A stretch of DNA of 32,000 nt from an uncultured Candidatus Saccharibacteria bacterium (lineage in GTDB: Bacteria; Patescibacteriota; Minisyncoccia; UBA6257; UBA11618), in the NCBI GenBank assembly GCA_964432405.1, contig CAYSNH010000004.1, positions 1 through 32,000 of the forward strand. The letters run 5' to 3'. The notes under the pieces were generated by a model. The model was not told the DNA's origin and made no database searches. It saw only the letters and a program-made list of their open reading frames with translations. The position numbers were made by a program, and so were the translations under genes. Each line of letters starts with the position of its first letter. The stretch's first letter is position 1. Shown here piece after piece: positions 1 through 9,057 of the stretch.

Positions 1-315
1 CCTAATATTGGTAGTATTTTTAAGAATGTTGATTGGCACTTAGTTCCTAATAAATGGCAAGAAGACGAAGAGTTAAAGACTCACCTTAAAACAGACCCCT
101 TTCCTGTTTTGCCCGCTGCCACATTAATTGATAAAACCGGCCTTAAAGGAGAAAAGTTTGGCGGAGCAATGGTTTCTCCTAAACACCCTAACTTTATTAT
201 CAACTCTAATAATGCTTCAGCTGAGGATGTTAGATCTCTTATTAAAATAATAAAGGAGCGTGTTCATGATAAATATGATATCTGGTTAGAAGAAGAGGTA
301 ATGATTGTTAAATAA
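1..315 (+). CDS. murB: UDP-N-acetylenolpyruvoylglucosamine reductase, C-terminal fragment (5' end lies outside the window)
   Basis: Frame 1 is open from nt 1. Translation PNIGSIFKNV...LIDKTGLKGEKFGGAMVSPKHPNFIIN...AEDV matches the MurB C-terminal substrate-binding region (xxGSxFKN, GLKG, S-x-KH-x-NFI-xN). The TTG at 109 in the track is not the real start. Confidence 0.7.
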   Translation, partial: PNIGSIFKNVDWHLVPNKWQEDEELKTHLKTDPFPVLPAATLIDKTGLKGEKFGGAMVSPKHPNFIINSNNASAEDVRSLIKIIKERVHDKYDIWLEEEVMIVK

Positions 316-342
316 AAAAAGACCCTCATCACGAGGGTCTTT
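314..342. terminator. Bidirectional rho-independent terminator between murB and the 88-aa ORF
   Basis: A-run 314-320, stem GACCCTC (321-327), loop ATCAC, stem GAGGGTC (333-339), then TTT. On the minus strand the stem is followed by 7 T, so it is strongest for the minus-strand gene. Confidence 0.7.
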
Positions 343-367
343 AGCTTCTGAGGTCGGTATTGCTGCT

Positions 368-634
368 TTACGTTAAGACGGAAAGCAGCACCATCACCCA
401 CATCATTGCGGCCACTGTTCCTAAGAACATGAATATGCTTGACTTACCTCTGTCGACCTCTCTTTGCCGCCGAACTCTACGACAGAGCTCAGCCATTCCT
501 TCTTCGTAGTTATTTTTTGGTTTGACTGGCTGGAGGGCTAAGTCTCCCAGATCGTTTGCGAGCTGGTCAAACCCTCTTCCAATAATAGCCATCACCGTCA
601 AGATGATCGCTAAAACTGTTAAAACAAAAGTCAT
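368..634 (-). CDS. Orphan small membrane protein (88 aa): hydrophobic helix at each end, Arg-rich middle
   Basis: ORF with ATG, AAGGAG 5 nt upstream, its own consensus promoter and a terminator. TM-like segments MTFVLTVLAIILTVMAIIG and IFMFLGTVAAMMWVMVLLSVL. No family recognised. Confidence 0.6.
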   Translation of the reverse strand: MTFVLTVLAIILTVMAIIGRGFDQLANDLGDLALQPVKPKNNYEEGMAELCRRVRRQREVDRGKSSIFMFLGTVAAMMWVMVLLSVLT

Positions 635-639
635 GGTCT

Positions 640-701
640 CTCCTTAAGTGAACAGTGTTAATTTACTAAGCACATTATAGCATATTAAAACCGTTTGTCA
701 A
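640..701 (-). promoter_or_regulatory. Promoter, 5' UTR and SD of the 88-aa ORF
   Basis: Minus strand: TTGACA (696-701), 16 nt, TATAAT (674-679), about 30 nt UTR, AAGGAG (640-645). The -35 overlaps back-to-back with a plus-strand TTGTCA (695-700) that fits an hpf promoter (17 nt, TACGAT 718-723). Confidence 0.55.
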
Positions 702-729
702 TGTGTGGGTGTTGTGGTACGATAATGGC

Positions 730-1050
730 GTGAGAATAATTATCAAGACAAAAGACTTGGAATTAACTCCAGTACTTAATGAGTATATTGAGACCAAGTT
801 ATGGTCTCTTAATAAGCTTGTAGATAAGTGGGATATTGAAGGAGGTGTAGAGGCTAAAGTGGAGATTGGAAAGACAACTAAACATCACAAAAAGGGTGAT
901 GTCTATCAAGCTAAAGTTAATCTTGCTCTTCCGGGCAAGCTCATTAGAGCTCAGCGAGAAGAATGGGATTTGCGCGTAGCTATTGATCGTGTAAAGAATA
1001 AATTACAGCAAGAAATTAAGAAGTATAATGACTTTAAAAACGACCACTAA
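730..1050 (+). CDS. hpf: Ribosome hibernation promoting factor / RaiA family (short form)
   Basis: IIIKTKDLELTPVLNEYIETKL...KVEIGK...YQAKVNLALPGKLIRAQREEWDLRVAIDRVKNKLQQEIKKY follows the HPF/YfiA pattern. The ORF is open from GTG 703. GTG 730 gives the canonical N-terminus and lies 6 nt after a -10-like TACGAT. Confidence 0.7.
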   Translation: MRIIIKTKDLELTPVLNEYIETKLWSLNKLVDKWDIEGGVEAKVEIGKTTKHHKKGDVYQAKVNLALPGKLIRAQREEWDLRVAIDRVKNKLQQEIKKYNDFKNDH

Positions 1051-1107
1051 TCCTCTTACTTTTTTCCTCCATCCTGCTATACTCTAAGTCTTGAAGAGTA
1101 TTATTTT

Positions 1108-3417
1108 ATGTTTAAAAAACTATTTAAAAGATTTTCTCCTGATAAGAAGTTAGGCAAGGTTGTTCAACAGATTAATAATCTAGAGAAACAGTTTGAACAA
1201 TTATCAAAAGATCAGTTGGTAGATGCAAGTGCTAAACTTCGTCAACGAGCTCAATTAGGTGAAAATTTAGATAATTTATTACCAGAAGCTTTTGCCCTGG
1301 TTAGAGAGACTGCTAAGCGGACTTTGGGTCAGCGACATTATGATGTCCAATTAATGGGCGGAATAGCTCTGCACCAAGGTAAGGTTACAGAAATGATGAC
1401 TGGTGAGGGTAAGACCCTGGCTTCTACAAGCCCTATTTATTTAAATGCTTTAACTGGTAAGGGAGTTCATGTCATTACCGTTAACGAATACTTGGCTAAG
1501 CGTGACATGGTTTGGATGGGGCAAATCTATCATCTATTAGGTTTAAAGATATCTTGTCTGGCTCACGATACCGCTTATTTATATGATCCGGAATTTAAGA
1601 TCGATACGGAAGATAAAAATCAGACTGATAAAAATAGAGATGAGACTGGTAGCTTTTTAGTTCATGAAGAATATCTTCGACCGGTTGGTCGTAAAGAGGC
1701 CTATCAAGCTGATATCGTCTATGGTACTAACCATGAATTTGGCTTTGATTATCTTAGAGATAACTTGGCCACCAGTGTAGAGGGTCAGTCTCAAGGAGAA
1801 TTTAGTTTTGCTATTATCGATGAGGTCGATAGTGTTTTGATTGATGAGGCTCGTACCCCACTAATTATTTCTGCTCCTGATGCAGAATCAAGCGCTTTTT
1901 ATAAAGTTTTTGCTCGTGTGGTAGCTCGTTTAAAACCTGAAAAAGATTATATTGTTGAGGAGAAGCTTCGAGCTGTTAATATTACCGAAGATGGCATTGA
2001 TAAGGTTGAGAAGGAGTTAAAAATTAAAGATCTCTATTCTCCAGAAAATATTCGCCTTAGTCATTACCTTCAAGAAACTCTTAAAGCCCAGGGTCTTTTT
2101 CAGCTAGATAAAGATTACGTTGTTAAAGATGGTCAGATTATTATCGTTGATCAATTTACCGGCCGCCTAATGCCAGGTCGTCGTTATTCAGCCGGTCTTC
2201 ACCAAGCCTTAGAGGCTAAGGAGGGAGTTCAGGTTCAGAATGAATCTCGTACTTACGCCCAAATTACTATTCAAAACTACTTCCGTTTGTATAAAAAAAT
2301 CTCTGGTATGACTGGTACCGCTCAAACCTCAGCTGAAGAGTTTGCCAAAGTTTACGGTCTAGATGTCATCTCTATTCCCACTAACAAACCTTCGGCTAGG
2401 AAGGATTTGCCTGATGTGATCTATAAGACTAGGAAGGCTAAATATAATGCCTTGGTTAAGGAGGTTAAAAGAGTTAATGAAACAGGCCAACCTATTTTGA
2501 TTGGTACGGTTTCTATTGAAAACAATGAAGAGGTCTCTAACTTATTAGGCAAAGCAGGTATCAAGCACGAAATGCTTAATGCCAAGAAGCATGAACAAGA
2601 AGGTAAGGTTATTGCTCAAGCTGGAAGATTGGGAGCGGTAACTGTTGCTACCAACATGGCTGGTCGTGGTGTCGACATCGTATTGGGTGGTAATCCTGTT
2701 GATGCCGAGAAGGCTGATAAGGTAAAAGAATTAGGAGGTCTTCATGTTGTTGCTACCGAGCGACACGAGGCTCGTCGTATTGATAATCAGTTACGTGGTC
2801 GTGCCGGTCGTCAGGGTGACCCAGGATCTTCTCAATTTTATCTTTCTTTAGAAGATGACATTTTACGTATCTTTGGTGGTGAGCGAGTTCAAAACATTAT
2901 GGAGTCTTTGAAGGTTCCAGAAGATATGCCAATTAGTGCCAAGATGATTAGTAAGTCTGTTGGACAGGCACAAGGCAAGATCGAGGGCATGAACTTTGAT
3001 GCTCGAAAACACTTACTCGATTACGACGACGTTCTTAACAAGCAACGAAAAGCTATTTATAAACGCCGCCAGGAGTTATTAGAAAATAAATCTCATCCAC
3101 AAATACTAAGTATGTTAGACATGCTTTGGATGAGTCATTTAGAAAATATAGAAGCTTTAATGGATGCGGTTCGTATTCGAGCTTATGGTCAACACGATCC
3201 TTTGGTAGAGTTTCGTAGAGAAGCTCATGTTATGTATCAGCAGTTGATTGCTGACTTTGAGGATTGGATTAAGGAAAATGCCAACAAGCTAGAAGAGGTT
3301 ATTGAAACAGTTCCTCTTCCAACCAAACCTTTGTCTGAGGATGATAAAAAAGTGGGTCGTAACGATCCGTGTCCTTGTGGTAGTGGTAAGAAGTATAAAA
3401 AATGCCACGGCGCTTAA
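1108..3417 (+). CDS. secA: Preprotein translocase ATPase SecA
   Basis: 769 aa with MMTGEGKTL Walker [23 protein letters not shown]-like box, [10 protein letters not shown], and C-terminal zinc motif [14 protein letters not shown]. Confidence 0.95.
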   Translation: MFKKLFKRFSPDKKLGKVVQQINNLEKQFEQLSKDQLVDASAKLRQRAQLGENLDNLLPEAFALVRETAKRTLGQRHYDVQLMGGIALHQGKVTEMMTGEGKTLASTSPIYLNALTGKGVHVITVNEYLAKRDMVWMGQIYHLLGLKISCLAHDTAYLYDPEFKIDTEDKNQTDKNRDETGSFLVHEEYLRPVGRKEAYQADIVYGTNHEFGFDYLRDNLATSVEGQSQGEFSFAIIDEVDSVLIDEARTPLIISAPDAESSAFYKVFARVVARLKPEKDYIVEEKLRAVNITEDGIDKVEKELKIKDLYSPENIRLSHYLQETLKAQGLFQLDKDYVVKDGQIIIVDQFTGRLMPGRRYSAGLHQALEAKEGVQVQNESRTYAQITIQNYFRLYKKISGMTGTAQTSAEEFAKVYGLDVISIPTNKPSARKDLPDVIYKTRKAKYNALVKEVKRVNETGQPILIGTVSIENNEEVSNLLGKAGIKHEMLNAKKHEQEGKVIAQAGRLGAVTVATNMAGRGVDIVLGGNPVDAEKADKVKELGGLHVVATERHEARRIDNQLRGRAGRQGDPGSSQFYLSLEDDILRIFGGERVQNIMESLKVPEDMPISAKMISKSVGQAQGKIEGMNFDARKHLLDYDDVLNKQRKAIYKRRQELLENKSHPQILSMLDMLWMSHLENIEALMDAVRIRAYGQHDPLVEFRREAHVMYQQLIADFEDWIKENANKLEEVIETVPLPTKPLSEDDKKVGRNDPCPCGSGKKYKKCHGA

Positions 3418-3418
3418 A

Positions 3419-4435
3419 TTACTTGATTAATAGATAATACCAGGATCTAGCTCCTCCATTTACCGCGCTGCTTTTAGTATTTCTGAGAGTAATATCTATT
3501 TTGTTAGTACTGGAGTTAGCGAAAGCTCCTACCATCAACAACCCAGACTCCAAACTTTTATTAGGAGTCAAAAAGACGCGATCACCACTTTCTATAGTTA
3601 TTCCGCTAGGAGGGTTAACAGATACAGTGCCATTGCTATCAGCTCCAATATTAGGCGGGTCAACAGTTATTTGACCATTATAAATACCACTCATTGGAGT
3701 GCCATTATCACTCACCTTAAGAGTTTTGACCTGAGCTTCTGTATCAACTTTTAAAGTGCCACTAAAAAAAGCATCTTTCCACTTATAGCCAGAACTACCA
3801 ACATCAACGTTGTTATTGGCGCCAGGTAAAAGGGTGGTGTCAAAAATAGCAGCATAAGCTTTGCTCGTTCCCAAAATTAATTTTCGTGAGACCTGCTCCT
3901 GCTCTTGTTCGCTGTTATAACTAAGGGCGAGATCTATTTCTATTAAATCTCGACCAGGGTAATCAACAAATTTGGTGAATTCTAATTTATCAACTACCAC
4001 TTTGTCGGTTGTAAGTTCGCTAGTTGTAGAATGACCAATCTCTCCTCCTCGTCCCTTGCGAACCTTTATTACACCTCCATCTAGATAGATAATAGTCGGA
4101 GTAGTTTCTGAGTTAGAAGAGTTTTCATCTTCTGGTAATTTAAGAACTAGATATTTTTGAGCTACCCCCAAGTTATTATCCACCTCATCCCAGTCTTTTC
4201 CTAAATCAGTATCTTCAATTGAATTGGTAGCAACTACATGACTAGCGTTACTAATCATGCGTTGAATTTTTTGCGTAACAAAACTTAATTGAGAGGAGAC
4301 TTCATTTTTCGAAGACTGGGTAATGGTAACTCGGGAAAAGGTGACTAATATACTAGAAAAAGCCACCGCTAAGATAGCAAATATACCTATATAAATTAGG
4401 AGCTCAACCAAAGTAAATCCAGCTCTTTTTCTCAT
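3419..4435 (-). CDS. Prepilin-type N-terminal cleavage/methylation domain protein (large type IV pilin/pseudopilin-like, 338 aa)
   Basis: N-terminus MRKRAGFTLVELLIYIGIFAILAV is a class III signal (G|FTLVE plus hydrophobic helix). TATAAT (4443-4448, minus) lies 7 nt from the ATG. The C-terminal part is not recognisable. Confidence 0.7.
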   Translation of the reverse strand: MRKRAGFTLVELLIYIGIFAILAVAFSSILVTFSRVTITQSSKNEVSSQLSFVTQKIQRMISNASHVVATNSIEDTDLGKDWDEVDNNLGVAQKYLVLKLPEDENSSNSETTPTIIYLDGGVIKVRKGRGGEIGHSTTSELTTDKVVVDKLEFTKFVDYPGRDLIEIDLALSYNSEQEQEQVSRKLILGTSKAYAAIFDTTLLPGANNNVDVGSSGYKWKDAFFSGTLKVDTEAQVKTLKVSDNGTPMSGIYNGQITVDPPNIGADSNGTVSVNPPSGITIESGDRVFLTPNKSLESGLLMVGAFANSSTNKIDITLRNTKSSAVNGGARSWYYLLIK

Positions 4436-4450
4436 GTCTTTAATTATAAA

Positions 4451-5044
4451 CTAGACCGCAGTGGGATCAAAGAACAATATCAACAGGGTCTTGATAATAG
4501 TCTTTATATCTAACCATAAAGATTGATTTTTTAGGTAGTAGCTATCAAGTTCTAATTCCTTTAGAAAGGGTAGGCTAGAGGAGCCGCTAACTTGAGAAAG
4601 ACCGGTTACCCCTGTTTTGGCTAATATTAGATGCTGATATTTTTCTGGATAATGAATAACCTCTTCTGGCTTATGAGGGCGAGGGCCAACTAGAGTTAAT
4701 TCATTTTTTAAAACATTAATTAATTGAGGGAATTCATCAATACGAAATTTCCTTAACAATCGACCGGTTTTGGTAATGCAGGGATTATTAGATATTTTAA
4801 AGAAAGGACCATCCTTTCTCTCGTTAAGGTGCATTAAGCGGGCCTTCTCTATGGCCGGAGCATTTTCGATCATCGTACGGAACTTATAGAGTTTAATAAT
4901 TTTCCCCTGACTAACTCTATCTAGGTCGATGATGGCCGCTCCTTTGCTCTCTAATTTTATAGCCAGAATAATAAAGGGTAAGAAAGGTGCTATAATAAGC
5001 AGACCTAAAATAGAACCGATAATATCTAATATTCTTTTAATCAT
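4451..5044 (-). CDS. Bacterial sugar transferase (PglC/WbaP C-terminal-domain type polyprenyl-phosphate glycosyl-1-phosphate transferase)
   Basis: 197 aa with an N-terminal re-entrant helix, then KLYKFRTM, DEFPQLINVLKNELTLVGPRP and GLSQV motifs typical of small monotopic phosphoglycosyl transferases. Confidence 0.8.
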   Translation of the reverse strand: MIKRILDIIGSILGLLIIAPFLPFIILAIKLESKGAAIIDLDRVSQGKIIKLYKFRTMIENAPAIEKARLMHLNERKDGPFFKISNNPCITKTGRLLRKFRIDEFPQLINVLKNELTLVGPRPHKPEEVIHYPEKYQHLILAKTGVTGLSQVSGSSSLPFLKELELDSYYLKNQSLWLDIKTIIKTLLILFFDPTAV

Positions 5045-6131
5045 GAAAATTGCTTTAGTCTACGATTATCTTAATCAATACGGTGGCGGGGAGAGGGTGC
5101 TAGAAATTTTTACCGCCATGTTTCCTCAAGCTCCGCTTTATACTATTTTCTACGACCCACAAAAGACTCGTCAAAGATTTAATACTAATACTATAAAGAC
5201 CAGCTTCCTAGATTACAAATTAGCCAGAGAAAATCATCGTTGGTTTATCCCCTTTATGCCACGAGCTATAGAGAGTCTAGATCTTGGCAATCAGTATGAT
5301 TTAATTATCTCTATTGGAGCTAGCTACGCTAGAGGAATAAATTATCAATCACCTACCAAACATCTTCATTATTGCTTCACTCCTATACGCTACGCCTGGG
5401 AGGATAGATATATTCCTCCTCAGATAAAAAACCTTAATCTTTTAACTCGACCTTTGAGAAATTATCTAAGACGATGGGATTTTAAAGTTGCCCAGAGACC
5501 AGATAAGATATTAACCATTTCTAATCATATCGCTATGAGAATAAGAAAATGTTATGGTCGCTCAGCTGAAATACTGCACCCACCCCTAGATACCAAAATC
5601 TTTTATCTCGATTCTAATATAAGGAAGCAGTCATATTTTCTAGCTGCTGGTCGATTGCTTCATTATAAAAAATTCGACCTAGTTATTAAGGCTTTTAATA
5701 AATTAAACCTTCCCTTAAAAATAGTTGGTCAGGGCCCAGAGATAGATCGATTAAAAAAAATGGCCACTTCTCCCAAAATAGAGTTTCTAGGCTTTGTTAA
5801 AAGCGATAATGAGATGAGATTGCTTTATTCGGGTGCTCGAGCTTTTATATTCCCTCAGGTAGAGGATTTTGGCTTGGTTGCCGTCGAAGCTCAGATCTGT
5901 GGAACGCCCGTTATTGCTTTTGCTCAAGGAGGAGCTTTAGATATTATTAATCATGGTCAAAATGGCCTTCTTTTTGCCGAACAAACCCCTGAATGCTTAG
6001 CTTACGCCATCAAAGAGTTTTGTAAGTATGATTTTGATCGTAAAGCTATTAATCAATCTGCTGAGAGATTTGCAGTAAAAAACTTCAAACTTGCCCTTGT
6101 CAAACACATAAAAAAGTTGCAAAAAAGTTGA
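5043..6131 (+). CDS. Glycosyltransferase, GT4 / Glycos_transf_1 family
   Basis: MKIALVYDYLNQYGGGERV N-terminus and C-terminal EDFGLVAVEAQICGTPVIA...GGALDII E-x7-E region. The track ORF opens at 4929, but ATG 5043 gives the canonical N-terminus. Confidence 0.8.
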   Translation: MKIALVYDYLNQYGGGERVLEIFTAMFPQAPLYTIFYDPQKTRQRFNTNTIKTSFLDYKLARENHRWFIPFMPRAIESLDLGNQYDLIISIGASYARGINYQSPTKHLHYCFTPIRYAWEDRYIPPQIKNLNLLTRPLRNYLRRWDFKVAQRPDKILTISNHIAMRIRKCYGRSAEILHPPLDTKIFYLDSNIRKQSYFLAAGRLLHYKKFDLVIKAFNKLNLPLKIVGQGPEIDRLKKMATSPKIEFLGFVKSDNEMRLLYSGARAFIFPQVEDFGLVAVEAQICGTPVIAFAQGGALDIINHGQNGLLFAEQTPECLAYAIKEFCKYDFDRKAINQSAERFAVKNFKLALVKHIKKLQKS

Positions 6132-6153
6132 TAATTTATTAATATTTCTAGCA

Positions 6154-6984
6154 ATGACACCAGAAAAGGAATTAGAGCAAGAAGACACCTCAACCACTAC
6201 TATGGTTGATGAGCCTAAACAATTAACAGCTGTTAAAGATCAGCTTTCTCCCGAAGACAAGGTCTTGGTGGAAGAAATGATCGAAGCTGGAGTTTTGTTT
6301 GGTCGCAAGCACTCTCGTACCAACCCTAAGATGAATAAATTCATCTTTAGTACTCGAAGAGGCATTGATCTTATCGACCTTATGCAGACTAAAGATCTAT
6401 TAGATGAGGCCGGTAACTTTCTTAAAGAAAAAATAGAAGAAGGTGGTACCATCTTGGTAGTTAGTACTAAGGCTAATATAAAAGACCAGGCTCTTGAGTT
6501 TATTGAAAAATACAAGTTTCCTTATGTTACCGAGCGTTGGTTGGGAGGTACTTTAACTAACTTTAAAACCATTAACAAAAGAGCTGATAGGCTTCGTCAA
6601 TTAAGAATTGATAAGGAGTCTGGAGAGTTGGATAAGTATACTAAGAAAGAGCGCCTAATGATGGATCGTCAATTAGAGAAGTTAGAGCGTCTTTTTGGCG
6701 GTATAGAAAGTATGGATAGTTTGCCAGCCGCTCTATTAGTCTTTGATGTAGATGAGCACGAGACAGCTATTAGAGAAGCTATTAGAATGAACATTCCAAT
6801 CGTTGGTTTGATTAACACTGATGGTGATCCTCGACCAATTAAATATCCGATTCCTTGTAATGATAATGCTCGTTCTAGCATTGGATGGGTTTTAGGTAAG
6901 TTGGAGGTTAAGTTAGATCAAGCTAAGCCAACTATTGCTAAAGAAGAAAAAGAAGAAGAAATTAAAAAAGAAGAAGAAAAATAA
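6154..6984 (+). CDS. rpsB: 30S ribosomal protein S2 (with N-terminal extension and Lys/Glu-rich tail)
   Basis: AGVLFGRKHSRTNPKMNKFIF...GIDLIDLMQT, ERWLGGTLTNFKT and LLVFDV...AIREA..MNIPIVGLINTD are S2 signatures. Confidence 0.9.
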   Translation: MTPEKELEQEDTSTTTMVDEPKQLTAVKDQLSPEDKVLVEEMIEAGVLFGRKHSRTNPKMNKFIFSTRRGIDLIDLMQTKDLLDEAGNFLKEKIEEGGTILVVSTKANIKDQALEFIEKYKFPYVTERWLGGTLTNFKTINKRADRLRQLRIDKESGELDKYTKKERLMMDRQLEKLERLFGGIESMDSLPAALLVFDVDEHETAIREAIRMNIPIVGLINTDGDPRPIKYPIPCNDNARSSIGWVLGKLEVKLDQAKPTIAKEEKEEEIKKEEEK

Positions 6985-6986
6985 TT

Positions 6987-7427
6987 ATGACCGAATTAGT
7001 TAAACAGCTCAGAGATGAGACAGGGGCTGGAGTTATGGATTGTAAAAAGGCTTTAGAAGAAGCTCAGGGTGATCTCGATAAAGCTAAAGAGATTATTCAA
7101 GAAAAAGGATTGATTAAAGCTACTAAGCGTGCTGGTCGTGATACTGGAGCTGGTATTCTTGAATCATACATTCACAATAATCGCGTAGGCGTGTTATTAG
7201 AGTTGCGTTGTGAAACCGATTTTGTTGCTCGCTCTGATGACTTCAAAAACCTAGCTCATAATTTGGTAATGCATATTGCCGCTTTAAACCCTAAGGATAT
7301 AGAGGCTTTATTAGAGCAACCTTTTGTGAAGGATGAGTCTCAGACTGTTGATCAATTGGTTAAGAGTGTTGCTGCGAAGACGGGTGAGAATACTCAAATT
7401 GAGAGATTCTGTCGTTACGAGATCTAA
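6987..7427 (+). CDS. tsf: Translation elongation factor Ts (short 146-aa form)
   Basis: VKQLRDETGAGVMDCKKALEEAQGDLDKAKEIIQEKG (UBA-like N-domain) and GVLLELRCETDFVARSDDF. It lies directly downstream of rpsB, as in most bacteria. Confidence 0.9.
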   Translation: MTELVKQLRDETGAGVMDCKKALEEAQGDLDKAKEIIQEKGLIKATKRAGRDTGAGILESYIHNNRVGVLLELRCETDFVARSDDFKNLAHNLVMHIAALNPKDIEALLEQPFVKDESQTVDQLVKSVAAKTGENTQIERFCRYEI

Positions 7428-7429
7428 TC

Positions 7430-7765
7430 ATGTACGATTTTCTTCTCCAAATATTTTTTATCACCAGCCTAGCAGTCATTATTTATTTAATGGCTCGTTC
7501 ATTGCCGCGTGTTCAAGAGGGGGAGGGGCATGTAACGCTTTCTGATTATTTAGAAAAGTGGGTTGCTAAGCTACCTCTATCAAAAATAGATAGTTCTCTT
7601 AATAACCGTATTGAAAAATTTCTCAGACGTATTAAAGTATTAGTATTAAAGCTTGACAATTCTATCAATCGCCACCTTAATAAGAGGAAGGAAGATGTTG
7701 ATGAAGAAGGTGCGAGTCTTGAGTTAGTTAGTCAGCTTAAGAAAAAAGAAGTTAATAAAGGGTAG
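7430..7765 (+). CDS. Hypothetical membrane-anchored protein (111 aa)
   Basis: ORF 2 nt after tsf. One N-terminal TM helix (LLQIFFITSLAVIIYLMA), then a charged helical region. Its last sense codon and stop lie inside tRNA-Tyr. Confidence 0.5.
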   Translation: MYDFLLQIFFITSLAVIIYLMARSLPRVQEGEGHVTLSDYLEKWVAKLPLSKIDSSLNNRIEKFLRRIKVLVLKLDNSINRHLNKRKEDVDEEGASLELVSQLKKKEVNKG

Positions 7766-7842
7766 GTACCGAAGTGGTCAAACGGGACTGGCTGTAAACC
7801 AGTTGGCATACGCCTTCGGGGGTTCGAATCCCTCCCTGCCCA
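7760..7842 (+). tRNA. tRNA-Tyr (GTA), type II with long variable arm
   Basis: Acceptor GGGTAGG/CCTGCCC, anticodon stem ACTGG/CCAGT with loop CT-GTA-AA, T-loop GGTTCGAATCC, discriminator A. No encoded CCA. Confidence 0.9.
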
Positions 7843-7851
7843 CAACCGATT

Positions 7852-8508
7852 TTATCTGTTCTTAACCTTAAGACGTTGAGAATATAAGAAGAAGGCTATT
7901 ATTGCCGCTACAACAATAATAGCTCCATAAGTCTGCCAGACTACTATTTGCTCGGCAAAATACTCATAAGCTTCACCAAAGCTCCAGCCAGCTATTCCAA
8001 GTAGCATCGTCCTAAAGAAGAATCCTAAGAAAGAGTAAATTACGAATTTACTCCAGGGCATACGAACCACTCCGCAAAAAATAGAGATTATTTCAATTGG
8101 CCAAATAGGCAAAGCTCTAGCAAAAAATAATACAACCTCATCTTTGCTGCCAGCGCCAAAGTATTCTTGAGCTTTAGAAATCTTTCTCCAATTTAGCTTA
8201 AAATAATGTCCATATTTTTTTATTACTCCCTTACCTCCCCAATAGAAAATAATATAAATTATCCAGGCGCCGGCGGTATAGCCAATAGCTCCAGGCACGC
8301 CTATTTTAACTAGCGCTTCCCATAAAGCTGAATTAAAAGTGTAACTAGGATCGATAGAAAAGAAGCCTGCCGCTATTAGCATAATGGAGGAGGGAATTAT
8401 AGAAATTACTGAATCTAAAAAGGTGGTTAAAAAAGAAAACAAAAAAACGGCCGATGTATTAGAGGCGTCTATCAGATTGTGTATTAAGGCCAAGCTAAGA
8501 TCGTTCAT
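7852..8508 (-). CDS. DedA / VTT-domain family membrane protein
   Basis: 218 aa and polytopic. The region KYGHYFKLNWRKISKAQEYF...FFARALPIWPIEIISIFCGVVRMPWSKFVIYSFLG resembles the DedA/SNARE-associated signature. TATAAT (8516-8521, minus) lies 7 nt from the ATG. Confidence 0.65.
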   Translation of the reverse strand: MNDLSLALIHNLIDASNTSAVFLFSFLTTFLDSVISIIPSSIMLIAAGFFSIDPSYTFNSALWEALVKIGVPGAIGYTAGAWIIYIIFYWGGKGVIKKYGHYFKLNWRKISKAQEYFGAGSKDEVVLFFARALPIWPIEIISIFCGVVRMPWSKFVIYSFLGFFFRTMLLGIAGWSFGEAYEYFAEQIVVWQTYGAIIVVAAIIAFFLYSQRLKVKNR

Positions 8509-8582
8509 TGACTTAATTATATCAAGTATGACAGTCTTTAACCAACAGAACTTTCAAACATTCTTCATCAAGGAGATGCATC

Positions 8583-8981
8583 ATGATTCTTTATCGTAAT
8601 GGTAGTACTTGTCCGAAAAACGAAATTCCTCCTTCTGCTTGGGCCTCAAGTTCATTAGCTCTGGATCATTTTATTGATCGTTGTGATGACAATCTAATTA
8701 TGCGAGGGGATCGGATCTTTATCATCACCTTGCCCTATCCTTCATTGGATAAGATTGGTCAGTATTTTCATATTCGCCGGAGGATAGTGCCCGAAGAGGC
8801 AATCCTTCCTTTCGGCTTTGATTTTGACAGAGACTGGTGGAGCTTTAATTTCTGCTACGCTGGTTCATTCAAAGTATTAGCCGATCTCGATGAGCTTAAA
8901 ATCGGCTTGGATCAAATTCAGAATTTAGACAATCATTATCTAGACGAGGATCTTTGGTTGACCTCATCAGAAAACACTTAG
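8583..8981 (+). CDS. Orphan small protein (132 aa), no recognisable family
   Basis: AAGGAG (8570-8575) lies 7 nt before ATG 8583, and a terminator follows the stop directly. The promoter is unclear (TTGACT 8508-8513 but no well-spaced -10). Confidence 0.55.
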   Translation: MILYRNGSTCPKNEIPPSAWASSSLALDHFIDRCDDNLIMRGDRIFIITLPYPSLDKIGQYFHIRRRIVPEEAILPFGFDFDRDWWSFNFCYAGSFKVLADLDELKIGLDQIQNLDNHYLDEDLWLTSSENT

Positions 8982-9008
8982 CGCGCCTTAAGAAGGGGCG
9001 CTTTTTTA
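8980..9008 (+). terminator. Rho-independent terminator
   Basis: AGCGCGCC (8980-8987), loop TTAAGAA, GGGGCGCT (8995-9002), then TTTTTT. Confidence 0.7.
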
Positions 9009-9021
9009 TAAAAAACCTTAC

Positions 9022-9050
9022 TTTACCAATCACCCCTCCTAAGCTATAAT
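9022..9050 (+). promoter_or_regulatory. Promoter of the peroxiredoxin gene (leaderless layout)
   Basis: TTTACC (9022-9027), 17 nt, TATAAT (9045-9050), then only 7 nt (caagacc) before ATG 9058. No SD. Confidence 0.55.
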
Positions 9051-9057
9051 CAAGACC

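Noticed and set aside
4929-5042. N-terminal 38-codon extension of the GT4 gene in the ORF track
   Set aside because: It lies entirely inside the opposite-strand sugar transferase gene. ATG 5043 gives the canonical GT4 N-terminus (MKIALVYDY...).
6925-6984. Purine-rich GAA/AAA low-complexity stretch at the end of rpsB
   Set aside because: It encodes an in-frame Lys/Glu-rich tail (KEEKEEEIKKEEEK) of S2. It is not an independent repeat element or regulatory site.
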